Assembly: GCA_019359675.1 (NCBI GenBank)
Contig: JAHHGX010000022.1
Location: forward strand, 4,549-36,548
DNA: 32,000 nt
Origin: Calothrix sp. FI2-JRJ7
Lineage (GTDB): Bacteria > Cyanobacteriota > Cyanobacteriia > Cyanobacteriales > Nostocaceae
Direction of reading: 5' to 3'
Shown here: positions 16,078 through 25,300 of the stretch, in pieces
Numbering within the stretch: position 1 is the first letter of the stretch
Layout: each line of letters starts with the position of its first letter
Made by a program: the position numbers and the translations under genes
Notes under the pieces: model-generated
What the model was told of the DNA's origin: nothing
Database searches by the model: none
Seen by the model: the letters and a program-made list of their open reading frames with translations, nothing else

Positions 16078-17808
16078 TTATGAAAAAGGGGTGCCACGTG
16101 CTAACCAGGCAGCGCTACAATTTGGGTCTAATTTAATAGCTCGGTCATAAGCATAAATGGCATCTTCACGGCGCCCTAATTCTTTAAGACTGTTACCGCA
16201 CCATAACCAAGCCATTACGAAAACAGAATCAAGTCGCAATGCTTGGTCAAATGATGAAACCGCTTCAGAATATTGTTTCATAGAATGTAATACTCGACCA
16301 CGATAATAAAAAGCGTTAGGATAATCACCTTTGAGTTGAATTGAACGGTTCAAGCATACTAATGCTTCTTCGTTTCTATCTAATTCCATCAAAGCTACAC
16401 CGCGATAAAACCATAGTAGATAATTATTTCCTTGTCCAAGTTCTATGGCACAGTCGGTATTTAAAATAGCATCTTCATATTTTTGCAAATAATAAAGCGA
16501 AAAAGCACGATTTTTCCAAGCGTCGCCATAATCTTGACATAGTTCAATTGCACGGTCATAAGACTTAATTGCTTCTTCGTCACGTTGCAAATAGTAAAGT
16601 GTCAAACCCCGAAGATTCCATACCACTGCATCACACGGTTTTAAGCGGATTGCTTGTTCGTAAGACATTAACGCTTCCGAGTAACGTTTTAAGGCGCCTA
16701 AAGAATAACCACGAACATACCAAACTTTCTCATAATCAGGTTGAATGGCGATTGTACAATCACAAGCAGTTAGCACTTCTTCATGACGTTGAAGCTCTTG
16801 CAGCACATAAGCACAACCTAACCAAGCACTAGGTAAATTAGGATTTATTTCAACAGCCGTTTGAAATGCGGTTAGTGACTCTTGATATAATTTTAACTCC
16901 ATCAAAAGCATACCACATTTATACCATGCATCAACATTATCTGGTTTAATATCAATTGCGCGTCGATAAGAAGTCAATGCATCTTGAATTCTGCCTAACT
17001 CAAAAAGTGCATCTCCACGATTTTTCCAGGTTTCAGAAAATTCGGGTTGAATATGAATAGCTTGGTTATAAGACTCAATAGCACCTTCATAATCTTTGAT
17101 ATTCAACATCAAATTACCGCGACAATACCATGCTTCCCAGTATTTAGAGTTACACTTAATAGCTTCCTCATAATCTAAAATAGCTTCTTCATAGCGCAGC
17201 AAACTCCACAAGGCGCCTGCGCGATAATGCCAAGCTTCATGAAAATCAGGTTTTAGAGCAATAGATTGGTCATACGAAATAATCGCAGCTTCGTTTTTAC
17301 CCAAAGATTCAAGCGAAATACCCCGAATCCACCAGGTATAATAATCATCACGATAGCGTAGAAGCGATTGGTCATAAGACGAAATCGCATCACTGTAAAG
17401 TTGTGAAGCAGCCAATGCTAAACCGCGATATCTCCAAGGTGCAGCACTATCAGGTTGAATTTTGATAGCTTGATTGTAAGCCAATACCGCTTCAGTAGGG
17501 CGCCCTAAGTATCTGAGCGCTTGGCCACGACCAAACCAACCCATAAAGTGACTGCTATCTTTAGCAATGCATTGGTCAAAACATTCCAATGCATCGCCAA
17601 ACCGTTGCAAATGACCTAAGATAAAACCTATATTTATTAGAGCATCAAAGTAATCGGGTTGAATTTGTAGCGCTTTTTGATAAAACCCCATCGCCTCTTC
17701 ATACTCTTGGTTATCATAAAACTTGTTACCAACCTGAAACCAATCTTCCGCAGTTACCAAAGACTTTTCGTAAATGTTTTTAGTTGTAGGCACTTGTGTG
17801 TAAGTCAT
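16078..17808 (-). CDS. Tetratricopeptide-repeat (TPR) protein, all-repeat
   Basis: 576-aa ORF. It has about 16 consecutive 34-aa TPR units (recurrent A..Y.qAi...P....aW..rG). It contains 5 GGCGCC sites. Confidence 0.85.
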   Translation of the reverse strand: MTYTQVPTTKNIYEKSLVTAEDWFQVGNKFYDNQEYEEAMGFYQKALQIQPDYFDALINIGFILGHLQRFGDALECFDQCIAKDSSHFMGWFGRGQALRYLGRPTEAVLAYNQAIKIQPDSAAPWRYRGLALAASQLYSDAISSYDQSLLRYRDDYYTWWIRGISLESLGKNEAAIISYDQSIALKPDFHEAWHYRAGALWSLLRYEEAILDYEEAIKCNSKYWEAWYCRGNLMLNIKDYEGAIESYNQAIHIQPEFSETWKNRGDALFELGRIQDALTSYRRAIDIKPDNVDAWYKCGMLLMELKLYQESLTAFQTAVEINPNLPSAWLGCAYVLQELQRHEEVLTACDCTIAIQPDYEKVWYVRGYSLGALKRYSEALMSYEQAIRLKPCDAVVWNLRGLTLYYLQRDEEAIKSYDRAIELCQDYGDAWKNRAFSLYYLQKYEDAILNTDCAIELGQGNNYLLWFYRGVALMELDRNEEALVCLNRSIQLKGDYPNAFYYRGRVLHSMKQYSEAVSSFDQALRLDSVFVMAWLWCGNSLKELGRREDAIYAYDRAIKLDPNCSAAWLARGTPFS

Positions 17809-17905
17809 ATAAAATTTGTATAAATTGCGATAGGTATTAATTAATCAACAAAAGTAAGGGTAAATTGCCCATACATTACTTAATACGTCTAAGCACATCC
17901 AACTT

Positions 17906-19204
17906 ATGCAATTTAAAATAAAGGAATGTTGCGTGTTCAATCAAATTTTACGGGGTTGGGGAGCATTATCTGCGGTAGCTTTGGCGCCGGAACAACTTTG
18001 GTGGCAAGCGCTAAGTTTAGCATTTGAGGCGCCTGTAGTATCAAATTTAAACGCAATAGACGCTTCAGCTATACGTAATTGGGCATCTGGAATAAATTTT
18101 ACACCTGAAGTTACTAAACTTACACGTAGAGGCAGAAAGTGCAGTAATATCCGGCAAACTCTTTATATGGCATTATTTGGGTTGAGACGAGGAGAAATAG
18201 GAGAATCTTTAGGTGGTGGTTTTGTTAACCGTTTAGGCGCCAATGCCTTTATGCCAGATATATTATTTTATAAATCACAAGGTTTAAATCGTATATATGA
18301 TTATTATTTAGATGGGCCTGCTGAGTTGTTAATTGAGTTTATCACACAGGGCGATGAAAGTTACGACACAGAACTTAAGCGTTCGTACTATCAAGCGGCA
18401 GGTGTCCCCGAATATTGGATTTTTGATGTAGAGCAGGAAAATATAGAGTTTCTTCGGTTAGAAGACGGAGTGTATCAACCGCAACAACTTTTAGACGGAC
18501 GTTACGAAGTTTCTAGTATTCCAGGTTTAACGTTTTTACCAGCAAAACTTTGGGAAGCAGCAGACGATTTTACTTATTTATCAGAAAATGATTTATTTGA
18601 GGTAGCTAGCGATGCTCCCAAAGTTGGCAGCATGAAACCTGTGGGTGAAGGAATTGATTGGAGTAGAGGTGAATTAGGATTTGCTCCAGCGTTGGAACCT
18701 GTACCAATTATGTTTGAAGATTATATATACTGGTGTCCAGAACCAAAGTTTGAATTTATGGATGGTAAACCTTATATAGGTAGCAGAGACGGAATTAAAG
18801 GACTTACGGGAATGTTTTTAATGACGTTTGGGTTGGTTGAGTCAGTTAAATTATTACATCCGCGTGAGTGGGTAGAAGCATTAATCGCTCAAAGATTTGC
18901 TGTGCAAAATATCCAAGAATATAAAGCACAAGTGTGGCGATTAGTATATGAAATTGCCGCATTACTACGTGGAAAATATGGCGCCACTAGATTGGGTGTA
19001 ATAGGAGGATTAGTTAAACCAGAACCACTGAATTTTTGGGATGAAATTACAATATTAGCCTGGAATTTACCATTAGGACAAATGGGGAAAGCATATATAG
19101 CAGTGTCCGAGTTCAGCGAATTATTTTACTTTCATTTAATTGATGCAGAAGATGCGACAGATATACAACTCGATGCTATCGCTTCTGAATTAGTTGAAAT
19201 TTAA
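17906..19204 (+). CDS. Uma2-family (DUF820) PD-(D/E)XK endonuclease fused to a second degenerate Uma2-like N-segment and a nucleotidyltransferase-like tail
   Basis: The 432-aa core is MPDILFYKS...ELLIEFITQGDESYDTELKRSYYQAAGVPEYWIFD. The second half restarts with IMFEDYIYWCPEPKFEFMDGKPYIG. The C-terminus, GATRLGVIGGLVKPEPLNFWDEITILAW, resembles an inactivated minimal-NTase motif. Confidence 0.65.
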   Translation: MQFKIKECCVFNQILRGWGALSAVALAPEQLWWQALSLAFEAPVVSNLNAIDASAIRNWASGINFTPEVTKLTRRGRKCSNIRQTLYMALFGLRRGEIGESLGGGFVNRLGANAFMPDILFYKSQGLNRIYDYYLDGPAELLIEFITQGDESYDTELKRSYYQAAGVPEYWIFDVEQENIEFLRLEDGVYQPQQLLDGRYEVSSIPGLTFLPAKLWEAADDFTYLSENDLFEVASDAPKVGSMKPVGEGIDWSRGELGFAPALEPVPIMFEDYIYWCPEPKFEFMDGKPYIGSRDGIKGLTGMFLMTFGLVESVKLLHPREWVEALIAQRFAVQNIQEYKAQVWRLVYEIAALLRGKYGATRLGVIGGLVKPEPLNFWDEITILAWNLPLGQMGKAYIAVSEFSELFYFHLIDAEDATDIQLDAIASELVEI

Positions 19205-19347
19205 AATTTTCACTGCTAGAAAGCGCCATTTTTAATAAATTATGGGTAAATATTACAATAGCATAACTCGCGGTGCCTATTTAATAAAGTAGTATTAAAC
19301 TGTTATACTTATTGACAGTACTAATTAATTACTATAATATTCTGTAC

Positions 19348-20472
19348 ATGAAGTACAAGTTGATTGATTTATTTGCAGGCGCCGGCGGATTAACTACAGG
19401 GTTTCATCTGGCAGATTTTGAATCATTGTGTGCCATTGAGGTTGATAAAAAAGCTTTGGCAACATATAAGCATAATTACCCAGGTGCAAAAATAGTTAAT
19501 GAAGATATATGTAAAGTAAATCCGAGAGAATTACGTCAATGGCTTGGTTTACAATCAGAAGAATTGACGGTAGTTATTGGTGGGCCACCTTGCCAAGGTT
19601 TCTCTAGAAATATTCCTGCGGGTTGTCGTAGTCTTGATGAGTCTCGCAATCAACTTTACAAAACTTTTTTAGAGTTTGTAGAAGAGTTTCGACCGATTTA
19701 TGTAGTAATGGAAAATGTACCTGAAATCTTAAATGCTTATAAAGGTATAGTCAGGTATGAAATTACTAAGCAATTAGAGTCATTCGGTTATAAAGTTGCT
19801 TCCGCTTCATTGAATGCAGCACATTATGGAATACCCCAAACAAGAACGAGAGCTTTTTTTATTGCCAGCTTAGATAAAACACCTTGTTTTCCTAAACCTA
19901 CGCATTCAGAAGAAAAATCTACGAAGCAACTTAATTTATTTGACAATGGCATTTCTTCAATTGTTACAGTCAGAGATGCAATTGGAGATTTACCACCATT
20001 AGATGCAGGACAAGAATATAACGAAGATAATTATCCATCACAGGTAAATAGTATATATCAAGCTATGATGCGCTCTGAAAGTACAAAACTTGTAAATCAC
20101 GTCGCTCGTGCTTTGAGTCCTGTTCAAATAGCAAGAGTTCGTGTTTTAAAAGAAGGGCAAGATGCAAAACATTTACCACCAGAACTGGCGCCTAAAAAAC
20201 ATTATAGCGGCGCCTATGGTAGATTATATTGGGATAAACCAGCAAGAACAATTACAAGATGGCTGTTTCATCCAGGTTCGGGTAGATTTTTCCATCCCAC
20301 ACAAGATAGAACTATAACAATACGCGAAGCAGCAAGGTTACATTCTTTTCCCGATAAATTTCATTTTTTAGGTACATATACAGAAATGTCATCTCAAATA
20401 GGAGAATCTGTACCTCCCCTTCTTGCTAAAGCTATAGCTATAGCTACGTGTTTAATTCAAGATTCTCATTAG
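19348..20472 (+). CDS. DNA (cytosine-5)-methyltransferase, no adjacent canonical restriction gene
   Basis: Motif I is DLFAGAGGL, IV is GGPPCQGFS, VI is ENV, VIII is QTRTRAF, IX is TIREAARLHSFPD and X is GESVPPLL. The track starts at TTG 19312, but ATG 19348 (MKYKLIDLFAG) fits the family. 240 bp of non-coding DNA follow. Confidence 0.9.
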   Translation: MKYKLIDLFAGAGGLTTGFHLADFESLCAIEVDKKALATYKHNYPGAKIVNEDICKVNPRELRQWLGLQSEELTVVIGGPPCQGFSRNIPAGCRSLDESRNQLYKTFLEFVEEFRPIYVVMENVPEILNAYKGIVRYEITKQLESFGYKVASASLNAAHYGIPQTRTRAFFIASLDKTPCFPKPTHSEEKSTKQLNLFDNGISSIVTVRDAIGDLPPLDAGQEYNEDNYPSQVNSIYQAMMRSESTKLVNHVARALSPVQIARVRVLKEGQDAKHLPPELAPKKHYSGAYGRLYWDKPARTITRWLFHPGSGRFFHPTQDRTITIREAARLHSFPDKFHFLGTYTEMSSQIGESVPPLLAKAIAIATCLIQDSH

Positions 20473-20675
20473 GTGTATTATTATATGTAAACTAACGTCT
20501 AATTAACTCAACTTGATAACTATATCCATCATCAAGTTCTTATATTAATTACCGTTGTAATAATAAGTACTAAAGTTTAAGCATTTTGTACTGATTAAAA
20601 CAAGTTATTATCAGCACACCTACAGCAAATCTCAGGTATATAAGGTATACATATAATACCCGAAATCTCGTTCTC

Positions 20676-20691
20676 ACGTTACATGTAACGT
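20676..20691. other. Perfect 16-bp palindrome ACGTTACATGTAACGT
   Basis: Self-complementary 16-mer in the spacer between the methyltransferase gene and the kinase remnant. Function unknown. Confidence 0.5.
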
Positions 20692-20714
20692 CTCTACATG
20701 TATTTCATAATCTT

Positions 20715-20921
20715 TTAGACAGGGATTTGTATTATAAATTCGGCGCCTTTTCCAGGTGTAGAAATGCACTTCAAGCTACCATGATGTTTTTCTGTAATAA
20801 TTTGGTAGCTAATAGCTAAACCCATCCCGGTACCTTTACCTACAAGTTTAGTTGTAAAAAATGGGTCAAAAATAGATTGTTGTATGTCAATGATTAGTAT
20901 GTAATGGCGCCAATGCCACAA
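20715..20921 (-). pseudogene. Histidine-kinase C-terminal (HATPase_c) remnant
   Basis: Only the G1-G2 box tail survives: IFDPFFTTK...GTGMGLAISYQII..HHG...STPGKGAEFIIQIPV. There is no HisKA or sensor region. The lipase gene's stop lies 18 bp upstream. Confidence 0.7.
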
Positions 20922-20938
20922 GAGCGTGTGGGCAGATT

Positions 20939-21961
20939 TTACGGATTAGGTATAATATCTTTCAATATCCAAGAGCCATTACTTTCTTCTGGAATTAGCT
21001 TTGCTTCCCAATTGGTGCTATAATCGATATTCCAAGGTTTGGCGATTGAATTCATTCTGTCAAGACCAAAAATATCTGCATTGGAATAGTGTTGTTTATT
21101 GTTGGCTTGGTTGAGCATTGCTGTAAAAAATTGTTCAACGGCGCCATGTCCTCTATTTACTCCAGGAATATCAGGAAACTGTGTATAAAAGGGAAAGTCT
21201 ATTATAAAAGATTCGTCGGCAGTTCTAGCGCGGTCTTGGGCGCCAAACCCACTACCGTAAAAAGCCCAAGACCAGCGTGAATTATCACTAAAATTAGTTG
21301 TTTTATACTTATCGCCTCCTATTTCTAAATTACCTGGGTCTAAAGCAATAATTCGGTTAATACCTCCTGTAATATCAGCAGCTACAGATGATGCAACATA
21401 GCTACCAAAACTATGACCAATTAAATTAATATTTGGCGTAGTGATTCCAAATTGTTTTAGAATATTAGCAGTCCAAGTAGCAGCAGCGTCAATCCATGAA
21501 AGAGCAATTACAGGGTTTGGAATATTAAAATCTCCACGGTAATTTATTCCTGGAGAATAAGCTGCACTTCTCCAGTCCAAGACCAGTACTTGGTCATCAG
21601 GAGAAAAGCCATCAGCTGATGAAGCTAAATTTTTAATATCTGTTAGCTGGTCGAGAATATCTCCTTTGGGTAAATTCATTTGTAAACCATGAATAACTAT
21701 CCACGTACTTTTGTTTGGGTCAAAAGTCTTGGAAATACCATCAGCCCACTGAATGCTAATATCATGTGATTCTATACCCAGTAAAGTGTTACCAGTGATA
21801 GTCCCTTGTAACTTTAGCCAAGGATTAAGGCTTTGGAATTCATCGTTTTTATCAAAACTAGCACCATTAAGCCGTAATGGATAATTTGTTATATTTAGGC
21901 TAGATTCGATATTAAGTGAGCTTGTACAATTCGTGAAATGATTATTGTGGTTGCTTAACAT
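20939..21961 (-). CDS. Alpha/beta-hydrolase lipase (pancreatic-lipase-like family features)
   Basis: 340-aa ORF. WIVIHGL, VLVLDW, the nucleophile elbow GHSFGS and IALDPG follow the order seen in triacylglycerol-lipase-family enzymes. No obvious signal peptide. Confidence 0.65.
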   Translation of the reverse strand: MLSNHNNHFTNCTSSLNIESSLNITNYPLRLNGASFDKNDEFQSLNPWLKLQGTITGNTLLGIESHDISIQWADGISKTFDPNKSTWIVIHGLQMNLPKGDILDQLTDIKNLASSADGFSPDDQVLVLDWRSAAYSPGINYRGDFNIPNPVIALSWIDAAATWTANILKQFGITTPNINLIGHSFGSYVASSVAADITGGINRIIALDPGNLEIGGDKYKTTNFSDNSRWSWAFYGSGFGAQDRARTADESFIIDFPFYTQFPDIPGVNRGHGAVEQFFTAMLNQANNKQHYSNADIFGLDRMNSIAKPWNIDYSTNWEAKLIPEESNGSWILKDIIPNP

Positions 21962-22012
21962 AGCTGCACCTTGTCTATATTATGATAATTACGCAACCGG
22001 GACATAAAAACT

Positions 22013-22281
22013 GTAGGGTGCGTGACGCTACGAAAAAAATTCAACGTAGTAATAAGACTTGTAGCAGTCACGCACCTATGTTATAAACGTCACGCACCTA
22101 TTTATAATTGTCACGCGCTTTGACGATTAATATATTATTTGGTGCGTAACGCCTGATGATTATTCGTTTGCTCTCGGTGTTATTATAATCACGCGCTTTG
22201 ACGATTAATATATTATTTGGTGCGTAACGCCTGATGATTATTCGTTTGCTCTCGGTGTTATTATAGCGTCACGCACCCTAC
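22013..22281. repeat. REPIN-like composite of the GTAG-hairpin family with an internal 2 x 78-bp tandem duplication
   Basis: Perfect 18-bp inverted termini, GTAGGGTGCGTGACGCTA (22013-) and TAGCGTCACGCACCCTAC (22264-22281). The interior unit tcacgcgctttgacgattaatatattatttggtgcgtaacgcctgatgattattcgtttgctctcggtgttattata is repeated at 22111 and 22189. Confidence 0.85.
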
Positions 22282-22390
22282 ATCTTTTGCGATTATCATC
22301 AGAAGTAAGTCGCTAGTATGAATCTCAAAAGCTTAGGGCAGTGATATACTTATCCTGTATGGCAGTTCCGTATCTTAATATCCCATCACT

Positions 22391-25300
22391 ATGACCCTGG
22401 AGCAACGATTTTTTAGTCTCTCTCCGGATATATACTGTATTGTAGGTATGGAGGGTTTAATTATTCAGGTAAATCCGGCTTTCGAGAAAATATTAGGGTT
22501 TACTAAAGAAGAAGTGTTGGGACAATCGTATATTGGGTTTGTACATGAAGATTCGGCGCCTGCAACGGTTGAAGCACTTTTAACACTCGAACTTGGCTTT
22601 GCTGCTCGTTATCATAATCGTTACAAATGTAAAGATGGTTCCTACAAGTGGGTTGAATGGATTGTAGAGCCAGTTTTAGAAGAAGGGTTAATGTATGCAG
22701 TAGGGCGGGATTTTACAAACATTTATCAAGTGCTTGAAGAACGAGAGCGCTTTTTTTCCGTAGGCGCCGACCTTCTTTCTATTGGAACTTTTGACGGTTC
22801 CCTTACTTGGGTAAGTCCATCATGGGAGAAAACACTCGGTTGGACAACTGAGGAGTTGACGAGCCATCCCTGGGTTTATTTTGTCCACCCTGATGACCAT
22901 GAAAAAACATTAAGTGCAGGTCAAGAACTTATTGCGGGAGTCGAGTTAGTATCGTTTGAAAACCGTTATCGTTGTAAAGACGGCAGTTATCGCTGGATAA
23001 GTTGGAGATCTCACCCATTTGTCTCGGAAGGATTAATTTACGGCGCCGGAATAGATGTTACCGAGCGTAAACTAGCTCAAAATGCAGCTGAAGAGCAGGG
23101 TCTTCTTTTTAAAGCTATTACCGATAACGCTTTTGTTGCTTTATTTATTATGGACGAACACCAGCACTGTGTGTTTATGAACCCTGCTGCTGAGGAACTT
23201 ACTGGGTTTTCGTTGGATGAAGTACGAGGTCGGGCACTACACGATATTATTCATCATACTCGCCCTGATGTTAGCCATTACCCTCTCGAAGAATGTCCTA
23301 TTGACCGCGCATTTCCAGAAAATAATCAGGAGCAAGGTGAGGAGGTGTTTATTCACAAGGATGGCCACTTCTACACTGTCGCTTACACTGCCAGCCCAAT
23401 CCGTTCAGCGGATAAAATTCGTGGGACGGTCATGGAAGTTCAAGATATAAGTGTTCGTAAACGCGCCCTTGAAGAGTTAAAAGAAAGTGAAGAACGCTTC
23501 CGTACACTCGTGGAGCAAGTGCGCGACCACGCAATTTTCCGTACCGATATTGAAGGGCGCCCGACAACTTGGAACGAGGGTGTACGGCAAGTACTAGGCT
23601 TTGAGGAACACGAATTTATCAACCAAGAAATAACACCAATAATTTTTACCCCAGAAGACTTAGAGAAAAATGTCCCAAGCCTTGAATTGAAAGAAGCTAA
23701 GACAACAGGAAGTGCAAGCGATGACCGTTGGATGCGACACAAAGACGGCACGCGGATTTGGATTTCGGGTATGACTTATGGGGTTTATAATGAGAAGGGA
23801 GAAATTAGCAGCTATGGTAAGGTTATGCGAGATATGACCAATGCCAAGCGGGCTGAGGAAGCACTAGAAAAAGAACAGGCACGCTTACGTGCTGTACTCG
23901 ATAATATACCTGTCGCCGTTGTACTTGCTGAGGCGCCGTCCGGAAAAATTGTAATGGCGAACAAGCGTACAGAAGAAATTTTTCGCCATCCAGTATTTTA
24001 TTCCAATGATTATAACTCCTACCATGAATGGGAAAGCTACCATGCGGACGGGCGAAGAACAGAAAGCCACGAGTATGCCCTTGCCAAAGTGTTTGCTACT
24101 GGTGAATCATACGAAAATGAGTATCATTATCAACGTGGCGACGGTACAAGAACATGGGTTCGCGTAATGGGGGCGCCTATAAAAGACCGCGACGGCAACG
24201 TGATAGCAGGAGTAGTTGCGATTACAGATATAGATGCAGAAAAGCAAGAGCAGGAGCGACGAGAGCAGCTTCTTGAAACTGAGCAGTCAGCTCGTGCTGA
24301 GGCAGAGAGGGTTGGAAGGATGAAAGACGAATTTTTGGCGACACTTTCGCACGAACTTCGCACACCGCTAAATGCCATACTTGGTTGGTCGCAAATCATC
24401 CGTAAAGGTAACATAGACGCAGCGAGAATGCAGCAAGGATTAGACACTATACAGCGTAATGTCCGCGCGCAGTCACAGCTTATCGAAGACCTTCTTGATA
24501 TGAGCCGCATTACTTCCGGTAAAATACGGTTAAACGTGCAGCAAGTCGATATAAAAAGTGTTATCGAAGCAGCACTTGAGACAGTACGCTTGTCAGCAGA
24601 AGCCAAGGGAGTTCAACTACAAACAGTTTTTGATCAATTTATTGGTGTAATATCAGGAGACCCAGCGCGTTTACAGCAAATTATTTGGAATCTCCTTGCC
24701 AACGCGATTAAATTTACTCCTAGAAACGGGAAAGTGCAAATTGTTTTAGAGCGTGTAGACTCTCGTATGGAAATAAGCGTTATTGACACAGGGTTAGGTA
24801 TAAAGCCTGAATTTTTACCGCACGTGTTCGAGCGATTTAGCCAAGCTGATGGGTCAATTACGCGAAAACATGGGGGGTTAGGACTTGGGTTATCTATTGT
24901 TCGAGGACTTACCGAACTGCACGGTGGTACAGTACGAGTAAAAAGTGATGGCGAAGGAATGGGTGCCACGTTTACAGTATCATTACCAGTTGCCGCAGTA
25001 ATACCTAACGTAACAGAACAAAAGAAAGCGCATCGTGATATAGCTAATAGTAGCGAAGAGTTTGATGACTTCGAGCAATTAACACTTACTGGAATAAAAA
25101 TTCTCGTAGTCGATGACGAACCCGATGCTCGCGAACTGATACGATATGTACTTGAAGATGCTCTAGCTAATGTTATTACCGCAGGTTCTGCACACGATGC
25201 ACTTGAGTTAATGATGCAAGAGGCGCCGGATATACTTATTAGTGACATCGGTATGCCAGATGAAGACGGGTATGAATTTATCCGCAAAATACGCTCTCTA

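Noticed and set aside
15960-16097. Long N-terminal extension of the ATPase ORF overlapping the TPR gene stop
   Set aside because: The extension (MAPLFHKRASNYTICATLG...) has no homology-like features and would overlap the upstream gene by 20 nt. Internal ATGs at 16010 and 15959 precede the conserved RLPSLERL...GKT region.
19312-19347. TTG start for the methyltransferase given by the ORF track
   Set aside because: ATG 19348 places motif I (DLFAGAGG) about 7 residues from the N-terminus, as in most Dcm-type enzymes. The upstream 12 codons are AT-rich spacer.
20473-20714. Search for a restriction endonuclease gene downstream of the methyltransferase
   Set aside because: No ORF of useful length exists on either strand. 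The interval holds only AT-rich spacer and a 16-bp palindrome.
23440-25287. Three long minus-strand ORFs (103, 158 and 217 aa) inside the histidine-kinase gene
   Set aside because: They are antisense shadows of a strongly supported 1027-aa kinase, with Ser/Arg/Cys-rich low-complexity translations.
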